Source: an uncultured virus (IMG/VR IMGVR_UViG_3300033064_004648) (lineage: Duplodnaviria > Heunggongvirae > Uroviricota > Caudoviricetes). Taken from it: DNA of 64,000 bases. The position numbers and the translations under genes are program-made. Below the pieces are notes generated by a model that worked only from the letters and a program-made list of their open reading frames with translations, was not told where the DNA came from and did no database searches. Positions 19,621 through 29,338 of this stretch are shown here, piece by piece. The DNA lies in the IMG/VR virus record IMGVR_UViG_3300033064_004648, positions 1-64,000 of that record. The stretch is one strand, 5' to 3'. Position 1 is the stretch's first letter. Every line of letters begins with the position of its first letter.

Positions 19621-19878
19621 ATGATAGTTCAAACCAGTAAAAATCAAGCGGTTGAGATTGATCTCAATCTATCTGTTGCAGATTTAACTTTAGCAAATTC
19701 TGAGTCTCAGCAAATAATTAAATTGGCATTAAGTGAAGCGGTACAAACTTTGTATTCTGATGATAGCGCGGATTGTGGAACTACGCTTTGGCAGATTGTC
19801 AACATTTTAGGAGGAGAAGAAGCCGTCAATATGCTAGAAAAGAATTGCGAAAAAGCATATGAAAAATATTGTACATAA
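19621..19878 (+). CDS. Hypothetical protein
   Basis: AAGGAG RBS. Confidence 0.6.
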   Translation: MIVQTSKNQAVEIDLNLSVADLTLANSESQQIIKLALSEAVQTLYSDDSADCGTTLWQIVNILGGEEAVNMLEKNCEKAYEKYCT

Positions 19879-20080
19879 AAATAAGATAAAATAGAAATTT
19901 TATTAGGAAATAGAAAATGAATCAAGCCGAGATAGTATTAAAGGTTGTCGCTCTTGTCAAAGATTATGAAGACAAGAAAATAGACGAACAAAAATTACTT
20001 GCCGAAATTTGGAGATATATGAGTTATCAAGGCTACCATGATGTTGATGAATTTTATAAATAGGATGAAATAAGATTTAT

Positions 20081-20485
20081 ATGCAAACAGTCCGTATCAT
20101 AATAGCAGGCGGTCGCAAGTTTAGTGATTACGCAATGTTAAAAAGAACTATGGTAAAGTTCATTAAAAAATTACATGATCATATTAATTTTAATGATGTA
20201 GAAATTGTTTCGGGAGGTGCAAGAGGCACCGATCGATTAGGCGAAAGATTTGCAAAAGAACTTGGCCATAGGCTGAAAATTTTTCAAGCTGATTGGGATT
20301 TTTATGGGAAAAGTGCAGGTTATATTAGAAATGATGTTATGCTTAAGTATGCAGAAGAATCAGATCATTCTGTGTTAGTTGCTTTTTGGGATAGTAGATC
20401 CAAGGGTACTAAAAATATGATTGATATTGCTAAAAAAAGTTTGGATAGTGTTGAAGTTATTTCATATAAAGACTTGACAAAATAA
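20081..20485 (+). CDS. SLOG/YspA-like (DUF2493) protein
   Basis: IIIAGGR.F.DY, IVSGGARG.D, ADW..YGKSAG.IRN, AFWD..S.GT..MI. Confidence 0.85.
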   Translation: MQTVRIIIAGGRKFSDYAMLKRTMVKFIKKLHDHINFNDVEIVSGGARGTDRLGERFAKELGHRLKIFQADWDFYGKSAGYIRNDVMLKYAEESDHSVLVAFWDSRSKGTKNMIDIAKKSLDSVEVISYKDLTK

Positions 20486-20502
20486 AAATATTATGTTATA
20501 AT
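20474..20502 (+). promoter_or_regulatory. sigma70-type promoter
   Basis: TTGACA-17-TATAAT with TG. Confidence 0.85.
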
Positions 20503-20530
20503 AAACCGATATTAAGGAGCAAATAAATCA

Positions 20531-20845
20531 ATGAAGAAGATCAAAGAGTACGATGAGGTTGGTCGTGTCAATATCAATTGTGATTGTGGATGCAGTTCTC
20601 TTACAATTGAACAATGGCAGGGAGAAAATGGTCCAGAAGAAATCTTTATTGCGCATAAGATAAGTTCTTTTTATGCGCTACAGCAACCAGGTTGGACAAA
20701 ATTTAAAGAGGCAATAAAAATTATATGGTGTATTCTGCGAGGGAAAGAATATTATTTTTATGAAATTGTTTTGACTACAAAAGATCAAATTTCCAAGTTT
20801 AAAAAGGCAGTCGCTTTATTAGATGAAAATATTTTTGAGTATTAA
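20531..20845 (+). CDS. Hypothetical protein
   Basis: AAGGAG RBS. Confidence 0.65.
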   Translation: MKKIKEYDEVGRVNINCDCGCSSLTIEQWQGENGPEEIFIAHKISSFYALQQPGWTKFKEAIKIIWCILRGKEYYFYEIVLTTKDQISKFKKAVALLDENIFEY

Positions 20846-21448
20846 ATGTCAAAATTAAATTGTGGTATTTATAAAATAGAGAATTTGATTGATGGAAAAA
20901 TGTATATTGGAGGAAGCGCCAATTTGTATCAAAGAAAACATTCTCATTTTAGCAAACTAAAATATGGTTGTCATGAAAATTCTGTCTTACAAAAAACATA
21001 TGTTTCAGACGGAAAAGAAAATTTTAAATTTATTATTTTATTATATTGTGAATGTTTTGAGTTAAAAAGATACGAACAGGCGTTGGTAAACAAACAAAGA
21101 AAATCTAAAATGCTATACAATGTTCATCTAGACGATGTCAACAGTCCTTCGGGCGTCAAAAAATCAAGAGAAGAAATATTGGGAATGAGCGCAAGAAACA
21201 AGGGAAAAAACAATCCTTTCTATGGGAAAACACACATGGCAAAGACACGAAGAAAAATGTGTAAAAATCATGCAGATGTAAGTGGGAAAAATAATCCAAG
21301 AATTACATCAAAAGAAATGGTCTTAAAAATTTTAAAACTATTTGACAAAAATATGCCTGTGAAAAATATTGCAGAACAATTGGATATTGGTCAGACCATT
21401 GTATATAGAGTAAAAAATGGATTTTATGACGATATTTACGATTTATAG
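20846..21448 (+). CDS. GIY-YIG homing endonuclease (NUMOD3)
   Basis: CGIYKIEN..GKMYIG; NPFYGKTH; ends KNGFYDDIYDL. Confidence 0.9.
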   Translation: MSKLNCGIYKIENLIDGKMYIGGSANLYQRKHSHFSKLKYGCHENSVLQKTYVSDGKENFKFIILLYCECFELKRYEQALVNKQRKSKMLYNVHLDDVNSPSGVKKSREEILGMSARNKGKNNPFYGKTHMAKTRRKMCKNHADVSGKNNPRITSKEMVLKILKLFDKNMPVKNIAEQLDIGQTIVYRVKNGFYDDIYDL

Positions 21449-21463
21449 CACATAAAAGGAATA

Positions 21464-21703
21464 ATGATAAATAAAAATAATGTATTTGCTTTAGTGCACT
21501 TAAATTGGGAAGGGCTTCAAATTCTTGAGCTTGGCGATAAAAAATTTATTTTAGAGAAATACTTTTGGTGGAAAGAACAACTTGCGCAATATCAAAAAGA
21601 AGATTGTGATGATTTATGCATTATGAGTTACGGGGATGAAAACACAGTAGAATGTGTTTGTAATAGATTTGATACGTCTGTATCAAAAGTAAAAGGATTG
21701 TAA
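21464..21703 (+). CDS. Hypothetical protein
   Basis: AAGGA RBS. Confidence 0.55.
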   Translation: MINKNNVFALVHLNWEGLQILELGDKKFILEKYFWWKEQLAQYQKEDCDDLCIMSYGDENTVECVCNRFDTSVSKVKGL

Positions 21704-21704
21704 A

Positions 21705-21965
21705 ATGAAAACATTTATTCTTATCGAAAAAGTTATGAACGGAACAGTTACAATGGACGTAATAACAATTCTTTTTCAAACAAAAAGTTTTGAAAAAGTT
21801 GTTAGCCACATTAAAAATAGGCTAGAAAAATTAGAAGAAGTCGAAAACGTAAGTGTTATTTATGAAAATGATAACGACAAAATATTCTCGTATAATATTT
21901 GCGACCAAACTTTTCCGATAGCTGGACACATAGAAAATAAAGAATCAAAGATTATCAATGTATAG
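21705..21965 (+). CDS. Hypothetical protein
   Basis: AAGGA RBS; ends at a site. Confidence 0.55.
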   Translation: MKTFILIEKVMNGTVTMDVITILFQTKSFEKVVSHIKNRLEKLEEVENVSVIYENDNDKIFSYNICDQTFPIAGHIENKESKIINV

Positions 21966-22012
21966 CACAATAAAATGAATCTTTTATTTGATTATAAAAA
22001 AGGAGAAAGAAA

Positions 22013-22498
22013 ATGAAAATTGTTTTTGGTTTATTGGTTGTGGCAATGGTTATGTTTGCTGGATGTGAAAGCCAACAGACGACTGACCAAGGAGTAGTTG
22101 TTGACTCAAAATATGACTCTAATTTGTACACGGTTACATTAGAAGCCGATGATTTAACAAGTCATGAGAATTTTAATTTATCGGGAAGTATGTCTATGGT
22201 AAATGGTTTTGGCACAGGAAGTGTGAGTGCATGGACTGATGGCAAAGGAATTCTAAGGGGAAGGCTTTTAGATATTTCTCCCGAATTAGTTGGTTTTAGC
22301 GTTAGCGATACCATTATTGTGAAGACAACCGATTTAAAAGTAAAAATGATAAAAGATGGAGACGTTATAATTTTGAAATGTGTTTCAGATTATGAGCCAG
22401 TTATCAGTCAAAATCAAGACACAACCGTTGCGCAACAATATGAATTGTGGGAATTAGATTATTGCCGACTTGTGAAGATCAAAAAAGCTGCAGAATGA
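22013..22498 (+). CDS. Putative lipoprotein
   Basis: Signal peptide with lipobox FAGC; between two sites. Confidence 0.7.
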   Translation: MKIVFGLLVVAMVMFAGCESQQTTDQGVVVDSKYDSNLYTVTLEADDLTSHENFNLSGSMSMVNGFGTGSVSAWTDGKGILRGRLLDISPELVGFSVSDTIIVKTTDLKVKMIKDGDVIILKCVSDYEPVISQNQDTTVAQQYELWELDYCRLVKIKKAAE

Positions 22499-22507
22499 AA
22501 AATAAAA

Positions 22508-22537
22508 TTTTGGGTGGCGCATAAGCGCCATCCAAAA
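22508..22537. terminator. GC-rich hairpin, probable intrinsic terminator
   Basis: TTTTGGGTGGCGC-ATAA-GCGCCATCCAAAA. Confidence 0.6.
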
Positions 22538-22580
22538 CCACATAAAATGAAGGTTTTATGAGGTTTAAAAAAGGAGAAAT

Positions 22581-22766
22581 ATGAAAAAATCTAAGTTCAA
22601 TTTGACAGAAAAAGAAGTTGATGAATTGCTAACAAGTAGACCTAGCATGTTTAATGCAGGAATGCTTTTAGACCTAAAAAGAATGTACGATTTATTTCAT
22701 TATGTTTTAAATACGCTTGAAAAAGAACATGGAATAAAATTAGAGGTTGACGGAATAAATAATTAG
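22581..22766 (+). CDS. Hypothetical protein
   Basis: AAGGAG RBS. Confidence 0.55.
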   Translation: MKKSKFNLTEKEVDELLTSRPSMFNAGMLLDLKRMYDLFHYVLNTLEKEHGIKLEVDGINN

Positions 22767-22771
22767 CACCC

Positions 22772-22800
22772 TTGACAAAATAACAATTATATGGTATTAT
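22772..22800 (+). promoter_or_regulatory. sigma70-type promoter; predicted start ~22807 at the first RNA hairpin
   Basis: TTGACA-17-TATTAT with TG. Confidence 0.8.
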
Positions 22801-22806
22801 TATGTT

Positions 22807-22863
22807 GGGCAAAAGAAGTTCCTTTACAAAATTTTCTATTAAAAAATAATTTACTTCTCGCCC
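22807..22863 (+). ncRNA. Bulged-helix RNA module 1 (Y-RNA-like candidate)
   Basis: GGGC[AAA]AGAAGT-TCCTTTA...ACTTCT[C]GCCC. Confidence 0.65.
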
Positions 22864-22867
22864 TCGT

Positions 22868-22979
22868 GGGAAAGTAGCTCAGTGGGAGAGCGTCGGCATT
22901 ATTACTGTTCGCCGAAAAGCACAAACAGTTCCTTTACAATTGGAGCCGAGAGTCGTTGGTTCGAATCCAACCTTTCCTA
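22868..22979 (+). ncRNA. tRNA-like RNA whose anticodon loop is replaced by the bulged-helix motif
   Basis: Acceptor GGGAAAG/CTTTCCT, D arm GCTC/GAGC, T arm GTTGG-TTCGAAT-CCAAC, stem TCGGC/GCCGA enclosing a 47-nt insert. Confidence 0.8.
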
Positions 22980-22981
22980 AT

Positions 22982-23038
22982 AAATGGCAAAAGACGTTCC
23001 TTTAAAATACAATGCTAATGTTTTACGTCTCGCCATTT
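22982..23038 (+). ncRNA. Bulged-helix RNA module 3 (Y-RNA-like candidate)
   Basis: TGGC[AAA]AGACGT-TCCTTTA...ACGTCT[C]GCCA. Confidence 0.65.
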
Positions 23039-23060
23039 TTTATAAAAAACAGGAGATAAA

Positions 23061-24914
23061 ATGAATAAAGCAACTTTAAGATTGTTCAATGCTATTCAAG
23101 TAGAACGAAAAACCCAAGGTTACGGAAACGCCCACAAGAAGAGGTGTATATCTAATGGCTATATTCTCAGTCATTCTATTGATCCAAAGGAAAATACTCT
23201 AGAAGAAATTGAAAACATTATCGGTATTTCTGGCGAGAAAGCGAATGCTTCTTTCCATAAGTCATGGAAGATTGTCCGTGATTCTGACATGGAAGTTTTG
23301 GTTATCCAACAAATTCTTCATTATTTTACTACTTATGGATTTGAATCTCTTGGTATTTATAATGAGAATACTGTTTATGTTCCCAATGAAGTTTTAAAAA
23401 TTCCAAAAATCAAAGACGGTATTTCTTTAGTGTTCATTAAGGCAATGACTTCTCAAGAAATCTTAGATGCAATATTGGTCTTGGGCGCAGGCATTGCTTT
23501 GGCAAAAACTACATTGAACGATATAATGACTGTCGTAGAATCAAATAAATATAACAGTGATTTTGTCGAAAAAATAAACAACCGTGAATTAAAAACACGC
23601 CTTTATGAATTTTATGATATTGTACCTGCTGAACCTGTAGAATATCTACGATATGTTATTCAGCAAATTACCAACGAGTCTTTGTTGATCAAGAATGATT
23701 ATCTTATCAGTATGATTAAAGCATCGGAAGGAAAATTTCTAGATCATCTTCTAAAGAAAGCGCCAAAGGATTTAGCAAGTATTTTCTTTAGATATAAGCC
23801 TTTGTTTCTTGCAATGAAATCGATTAGTAAAAACAAGAATTTCTTTAATCGTTTACGAAAAGACGCGAATAAAATGCATATTCCTATGCCAACCGATTAT
23901 CTCAACAATATTACTTCACAAATTAAAGAAGGCAAACTAGATATAGAGAGGCTAGAACATCGATTGGTAGATGCAAGTATATTTAGGAAGATAAGACTTG
24001 CCTATGCTTTGAGCCATCGAATTAATAGCGGAAATAGTATTGTGTATAAAGTTCGTAATGGGCGAGGATGGGTTACAGATTTTGAATGGCACAAGAATTT
24101 TGGGATGGCGACTGAATCTGCGTTTAGTGTTGTTTTGAAATCTATTGCTGAAAATATACGAAAAAACGTAGGCGGAAAAACTTTTTATATTCCTGACAAT
24201 ATTCATTACGCTTTACCCTCAACGGAAAAACAATTCATTGGAAATTTGCCCTCTAACACCTATGCTACTGTTCCTAATGATATGATTATTGGAGTTCATT
24301 GGACAAATACGAATAGAAGAATCGATTTAGATTTCTCTATGATACAACAATCTGGTAAATTTGGATGGGATGCAGGATATCGTCAGGGAAACGATGTTTT
24401 ATTTTCTGGTGATTTAGTAGATGCTCCTAAACCAAATGGCGCATCGGAATTGTTCTATATGTCTGAAGCACAAGAAGAAGCAAAAATTTTGATGTTAAAT
24501 TATTTCAATTTTAATGCAGATGATAAAGTAGTATTTAAATTTTTTGTTGCAAATGAGAAGACAAAAAAGTTAGACAAAAATTATATGGTTAGTCCAAATA
24601 ACATAATTTTATCATGTAATGTAGAAACAGATCAGAAACAAATGATTTTAGGATTAGTTGTTTCTGTAGACGGGGAAAACCGACTATATTTTTCAAATAC
24701 CAGTATTGGAAATTCAATTACGTCTGGAGCAAATGAAATATCTACAAAAGCTAGAAATTTTATGGTCGCTAGCTGTGTGGGTGCTATAAACTTAGAAATT
24801 ATTTTGGCTATGGCAGGTGCAGATATTGTTTCTGAAAAACCAGAAGAAGAGTACATTGACTTATCACCCGAAGCATTGGATAAAACAACTATTATTGATT
24901 TGTTCCAAGGATAA
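23061..24914 (+). CDS. Large helical protein with C-terminal TerD-like domain (putative ROT/TROVE-TerD family)
   Basis: C-terminal GVHW..RIDLD.S..GWD..FSGD..DAP.PNGASE.FY; alpha-helical N-terminal ~370 aa. Confidence 0.6.
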   Translation: MNKATLRLFNAIQVERKTQGYGNAHKKRCISNGYILSHSIDPKENTLEEIENIIGISGEKANASFHKSWKIVRDSDMEVLVIQQILHYFTTYGFESLGIYNENTVYVPNEVLKIPKIKDGISLVFIKAMTSQEILDAILVLGAGIALAKTTLNDIMTVVESNKYNSDFVEKINNRELKTRLYEFYDIVPAEPVEYLRYVIQQITNESLLIKNDYLISMIKASEGKFLDHLLKKAPKDLASIFFRYKPLFLAMKSISKNKNFFNRLRKDANKMHIPMPTDYLNNITSQIKEGKLDIERLEHRLVDASIFRKIRLAYALSHRINSGNSIVYKVRNGRGWVTDFEWHKNFGMATESAFSVVLKSIAENIRKNVGGKTFYIPDNIHYALPSTEKQFIGNLPSNTYATVPNDMIIGVHWTNTNRRIDLDFSMIQQSGKFGWDAGYRQGNDVLFSGDLVDAPKPNGASELFYMSEAQEEAKILMLNYFNFNADDKVVFKFFVANEKTKKLDKNYMVSPNNIILSCNVETDQKQMILGLVVSVDGENRLYFSNTSIGNSITSGANEISTKARNFMVASCVGAINLEIILAMAGADIVSEKPEEEYIDLSPEALDKTTIIDLFQG

Positions 24915-24918
24915 TAAA

Positions 24919-25164
24919 ATGTCTTGGAACTATAGAATAATTAAACAGGACGGTTGCTTTGGCATTCGAGATGTATATTATGACAAACAAGGAAGAATGC
25001 AATTAGTGGCTGTAGAAGATCAACCTCCTCATGGAACAACATTAGAGGCACTTAAAACCGATATGGGATATTTCAAAGAAGCATTTAATAAACCAGTTGT
25101 TAATTATGAAGACATTCCCGAAGATGATGCTGACATGTCTATGTATAATAGGAAGGTGGAATAA
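24919..25164 (+). CDS. Conserved phage protein (MSWNYRII family)
   Basis: WNYR..I.DVYYD..AF.KPV. Confidence 0.65.
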   Translation: MSWNYRIIKQDGCFGIRDVYYDKQGRMQLVAVEDQPPHGTTLEALKTDMGYFKEAFNKPVVNYEDIPEDDADMSMYNRKVE

Positions 25165-25279
25165 AATTTTGGATTATACTCAATGTTTATTAATTAAATA
25201 TGGCAATGTCATAACTATTGGTAGACATATTAATCCATCTATTTATTTAGATTAGATAGAGTAATTAAAGGAGCTTAAC

Positions 25280-25489
25280 ATGAAAGATAGAATACAGAAT
25301 GAACTTGAGAGTGCAAATAAACAAGCCAATCTTTATAGAACCAAATGGCTTATAGCCCACAATACTTTGCACGCTCTTGTTCACGAAGAAAATCAAGAGA
25401 TACAAAATAAGGATGGAGCAAAGAAATATTTTACGGAGTATCTGTGTGAATTGGAAAATGCGCCTAAGATTGCATTATTACCAGCTTAG
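25280..25489 (+). CDS. Hypothetical protein
   Basis: AAGGAG RBS. Confidence 0.55.
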   Translation: MKDRIQNELESANKQANLYRTKWLIAHNTLHALVHEENQEIQNKDGAKKYFTEYLCELENAPKIALLPA

Positions 25490-25883
25490 AACATGTAAAC
25501 AGATACATCGCATTTATCTGCTTGTTCAAAGGCAGTACTATTACCACATGAGGAGATAAAAATGAAACCCAAAATCTCAATCGCACAGCAAATACTTTTA
25601 CAAGCAGTCTTAATCGCAGTTGGAATATTCTTGGTAGTTAATAGTAGTCTTACAGGGGGTATAATAGGATTTGGCATGATTGGTATAGCGGCATTAGTTC
25701 CCATTATTATGCCAATGAATAAATCCAATTAATGCTCATACAATCTTGATAGAATACCAATACTACCTTTGATGGTCATTGGAATGATGGATGGATAGTT
25801 CAAGAAGTCTATAGTTCTGAAAGCGAGCAATATATTTTAAAGCACGAAAGAGATTGGGCAAAACAAAGAGAGGCAAGCGATAT

Positions 25884-26096
25884 ATGAAAAAATTTCCTGA
25901 TTGGGAAGGCAAAGAGTATGGCGGAGATTTTGCATGCGAAGATCCTACCTGTGAAGTTACTTGCGAATGTGGCCATGGATTAAACGAAAAAGGCATATTA
26001 TGGGTTAGTGACTATGAGATAGTTCGTTGTCCTGAATGTGGACGTGGATATAAAACGGAGTTTGTTGTTTGGCAATTTGAGAAGGGTGAAACATAA
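25884..26096 (+). CDS. Zn-ribbon protein
   Basis: CECG ... CPECG. Confidence 0.55.
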   Translation: MKKFPDWEGKEYGGDFACEDPTCEVTCECGHGLNEKGILWVSDYEIVRCPECGRGYKTEFVVWQFEKGET

Positions 26097-26319
26097 TATA
26101 ATAAAACTATATGTAGTAACTATGTATCGATATGGAGATAGGCAAAAACATTCTTATATTTTGGGCGTTTGGGATACCGAAGAAGAAGCAAATTTATTTG
26201 CAAAAACAGAAGAATCCTACAGGGGATATCCTAAATATATAGCAGAAATATTACCTGTTGAATTAAATAAAGAACTTTATGGTAATGAAAAAATACAAAC
26301 CTAATAAAATGAGGATATT

Positions 26320-26595
26320 ATGAATATCGCGGAAGTGAATACGATAAGAAAACTAAGTAGACAAGTATCTGAAAGTTCTGATGTGCGTACAATTGTCGCT
26401 GCAAGCGAACAATTAATTGAGGCTTCGCGCAAAATTAGGGAAAGATACCAAGAAAAAGAAAATAAAAAAAATCTAAATGCACACAAAGCAATTCAAAAAA
26501 TTAATGAAGTCATTGATAATCGGTATATTCTTGGTGACTCAAAGAAATTAGATAAGATTATAGATATAGTTGGAAAATTAAATAAAGAAGAATAA
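26320..26595 (+). CDS. Hypothetical protein
   Basis: Bracketed by sites with spacers TGAGGA/CGAGGA. Confidence 0.6.
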   Translation: MNIAEVNTIRKLSRQVSESSDVRTIVAASEQLIEASRKIRERYQEKENKKNLNAHKAIQKINEVIDNRYILGDSKKLDKIIDIVGKLNKEE

Positions 26596-27000
26596 ATATA
26601 TACAATAAAACGAGGATTTTATGGGGTATATTTTATATACATATATTAACTCGTATGCGTTAATAACCAGATATTAAAAACACCATAATTGGAGTAAATA
26701 AAAATGAATTTAAATAAAAGCTTCGCCGAAGAATTTGACAAGATTTGTCAAGAAGAAGCAACAATGATGAAAAATATAAAGAGCATAAGGAAATATATCG
26801 GAGAACTTCCTCCATTGACTAATTTGAACGTATGCAAAAAACTTGAGGACGAACATCTGCGTATGTATGAATACACAACACTATTGGCAAATACTTATAT
26901 GAAATTATCTCAACTTTATCATTATACTAGATTAATAAATGAACAAATTTTAGACGATCAAAACATAATAAAATATTTTATCACCAAAGGAGAAAGTAAT

Positions 27001-27948
27001 TTGAATAAAAAAATAATAGTATTTCTTGTTGCATTTATGTTGATTGGTTGTGTTCCTACCACAAAGGTTGAAATAGCGCCAACAGAAATTATTGCAGCCC
27101 CGACAATGAAACCAACGATAAAACCAACACCGACAATAGAACCAACCTCAATTGTAGACGACAATTATTATGGACAATTGACACCAGAACCTATAACATT
27201 AAACATATATGATCATCCATATTACTGTGATAAATTAGGTGACCCACATAAAGTAAATGGGTATTATTATAATGATCCTGATTGGATACAGTTTTGTAGA
27301 CGAGAAGAATACTTTTGGATTCCAGGACTTTTAACATACGAATCTCAATTTATGAGAATGCCTGATTTAGTTATAGGAAAAGTTTATGGATATGAAGCAA
27401 ATTTGATGGAACATACTGCTATGTTTCATGAATTGAACATAGACAATGTAAGAGATGGTATAACTCTTCCATTCTGTTCTGAGATTGGAGGTTACGCTTG
27501 GGTAAAGCGCCCATATAATCCTGACATAGCTGGCACAGGAGAGTGGGAAGGGCCATTCAGAGTAGTTGATTGTGCTGGCGTATTAGACCTATATAATGTT
27601 GTTGTCAGGCGCAAAGAAGTGGCGGAGGTAGGATTTCAAACCGCTGTAGATTGGGGTATGGTGAAAGATCTAAATCAAACGGGTGAATTGACTTGGAATA
27701 AATTTTGGGATATGCGAAGCTGGTATACAGACATAATGGTATCAAAAATTGACCCAAAGTATCTACCCGATGATTTAGAACCGATTGTATTAGCGGATTG
27801 GTTTGCGGAAAGAGCAACTTTTTATGAGACACAAGAGGAATGGGATAATGCCTATAAACCGCTACCTAAAACATTTGATCAAGTACAAAAGTGGCGATTT
27901 GAACCCAACGGTGAATGGGTGATGTTTGACTTAAACGAGATAGAATAA
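27001..27948 (+). CDS. Lipoprotein with Pro/Thr linker (in frame with upstream ORF from 26704)
   Basis: Internal AAAGGAG RBS plus TTG; MNKKIIVFLVAFMLIGC lipobox; PT-rich linker; WEGPFRVVDCA. Confidence 0.7.
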   Translation: MNKKIIVFLVAFMLIGCVPTTKVEIAPTEIIAAPTMKPTIKPTPTIEPTSIVDDNYYGQLTPEPITLNIYDHPYYCDKLGDPHKVNGYYYNDPDWIQFCRREEYFWIPGLLTYESQFMRMPDLVIGKVYGYEANLMEHTAMFHELNIDNVRDGITLPFCSEIGGYAWVKRPYNPDIAGTGEWEGPFRVVDCAGVLDLYNVVVRRKEVAEVGFQTAVDWGMVKDLNQTGELTWNKFWDMRSWYTDIMVSKIDPKYLPDDLEPIVLADWFAERATFYETQEEWDNAYKPLPKTFDQVQKWRFEPNGEWVMFDLNEIE

Positions 27949-27962
27949 AAAAGGAGATAAGA

Positions 27963-28520
27963 GTGAAGAAACTATTGGTTTTTATATTGATGTTATGCAT
28001 ATTAATTGGATGTACCCCGAATACAGATATTGAAGTTGAAAATACGGCGTCAGAAACAGAATTATCTACGGCAGAATTGCCACGGTTTAAAGGTTTTGAA
28101 TACCTTGAGGATGGTGGTTTGGCTATTTATACGCCGCCTTCGGCTGAAATCTTTTTTGTTATTGATGCCAATACGATATGGTTAGAGTCAGATCTTAGTG
28201 AACAAACACTTCTTGTGCACCGAGGAGAAGAAACGATAGATATGTTTTCTATTTCGTCTGGATTGCCGGCAACTCCAACTCCAACAGGATCATATAGGGT
28301 TTACAAAATGCAAACAGAGCATACTATGTGGTTAGATAACGTAGCGTATGATACGCCATGGATGATGTTTTTTCATCATGATTATGCAATTCATTCTGCT
28401 AATTGGCACGATAGTTTTGGCGAACCAATGAGTCTTGGTTGTATCAATATGTTTGTAGACGAAGCACGAGAAATTTATTATCAAGTTGAAATAGGAACAC
28501 ATATATATATTCATGAATAA
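27963..28520 (+). CDS. L,D-transpeptidase (YkuD) lipoprotein
   Basis: LIGC lipobox; TPTG.Y; AIH..WH..FG.PMS.GCIN. Confidence 0.85.
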   Translation: MKKLLVFILMLCILIGCTPNTDIEVENTASETELSTAELPRFKGFEYLEDGGLAIYTPPSAEIFFVIDANTIWLESDLSEQTLLVHRGEETIDMFSISSGLPATPTPTGSYRVYKMQTEHTMWLDNVAYDTPWMMFFHHDYAIHSANWHDSFGEPMSLGCINMFVDEAREIYYQVEIGTHIYIHE

Positions 28521-28883
28521 AACCAAATAAATGTATTATTTTATGTGGTTTTAAAAGGATTGCTAAATGGAAAACAAAGTTGTAAAGCTGGAGTTTGAAG
28601 AAACAAATCCATCAGATATTCTCGTAGCCCTGATTATTGAAAATGAAGCAGGAGAAGAAAAAGTTATAGGACATGCCACAATTCCTATTGAAAATATCGA
28701 TATATCTAATAGTGGGTTTATCAATTTTGAATAAGGAAAAAGGATTGAATTTCACCGGTATACTGTTTTTCACCGAGCGGTGAAAATTTTATTTAGAGTG
28801 AAAATAACATAAAAGGATAATTTATTATATATACATTACTCGAAAGCGATTACGTAAAAACACCAGAATGGTGTGCTAAAGAT

Positions 28884-29315
28884 ATGATCTCTTGGTTTAA
28901 GCCATCGGGTCTAGTTCTTGATCCATGCAGGGGAGAGAATAAAGTTTTTTATAATAATTTATCTAATGCCGATTGGTGCGAAATAGGAGAAGGGAAAGAT
29001 TTTTTTGAATATGATAAAAAAGTAGATTGGATTATAGGCAATCCACCATATTCTATATTTAGTCATTGGATTAAATACTCTTATACTATTGCAGAAAATA
29101 TTGTATATTTATTACCGACATTTAAGATATTTAATGCCTTATCATTAATGCGACTATATAGAGATAAAGGTGGCATAAAACATATTAGATTTTATGATAC
29201 AGGAAAAGCAATCGAATGGAGTAGAAGTAGACCTATTGTTGCCTGTTGGTTTCAAAAAAAATATAAAGGCGACACCTCCTACTCCTACTATGGGGAAAAT
29301 AACATAAAAGGATAA
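28884..29315 (+). CDS. Small DNA adenine methyltransferase (frame open from ~28824)
   Basis: VLDPC.G, GKDFF, DWIIGNPPYS. Confidence 0.8.
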   Translation: MISWFKPSGLVLDPCRGENKVFYNNLSNADWCEIGEGKDFFEYDKKVDWIIGNPPYSIFSHWIKYSYTIAENIVYLLPTFKIFNALSLMRLYRDKGGIKHIRFYDTGKAIEWSRSRPIVACWFQKKYKGDTSYSYYGENNIKG

Positions 29316-29338
29316 TTTTATGTGGTTTTGGAGAAAAT

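Noticed and set aside
22868..22979. Ordinary or group I intron-containing tRNA
   Set aside because: The 47-nt insert is far too short for a self-splicing intron and instead repeats the motif of the flanking hairpins; no unambiguous anticodon
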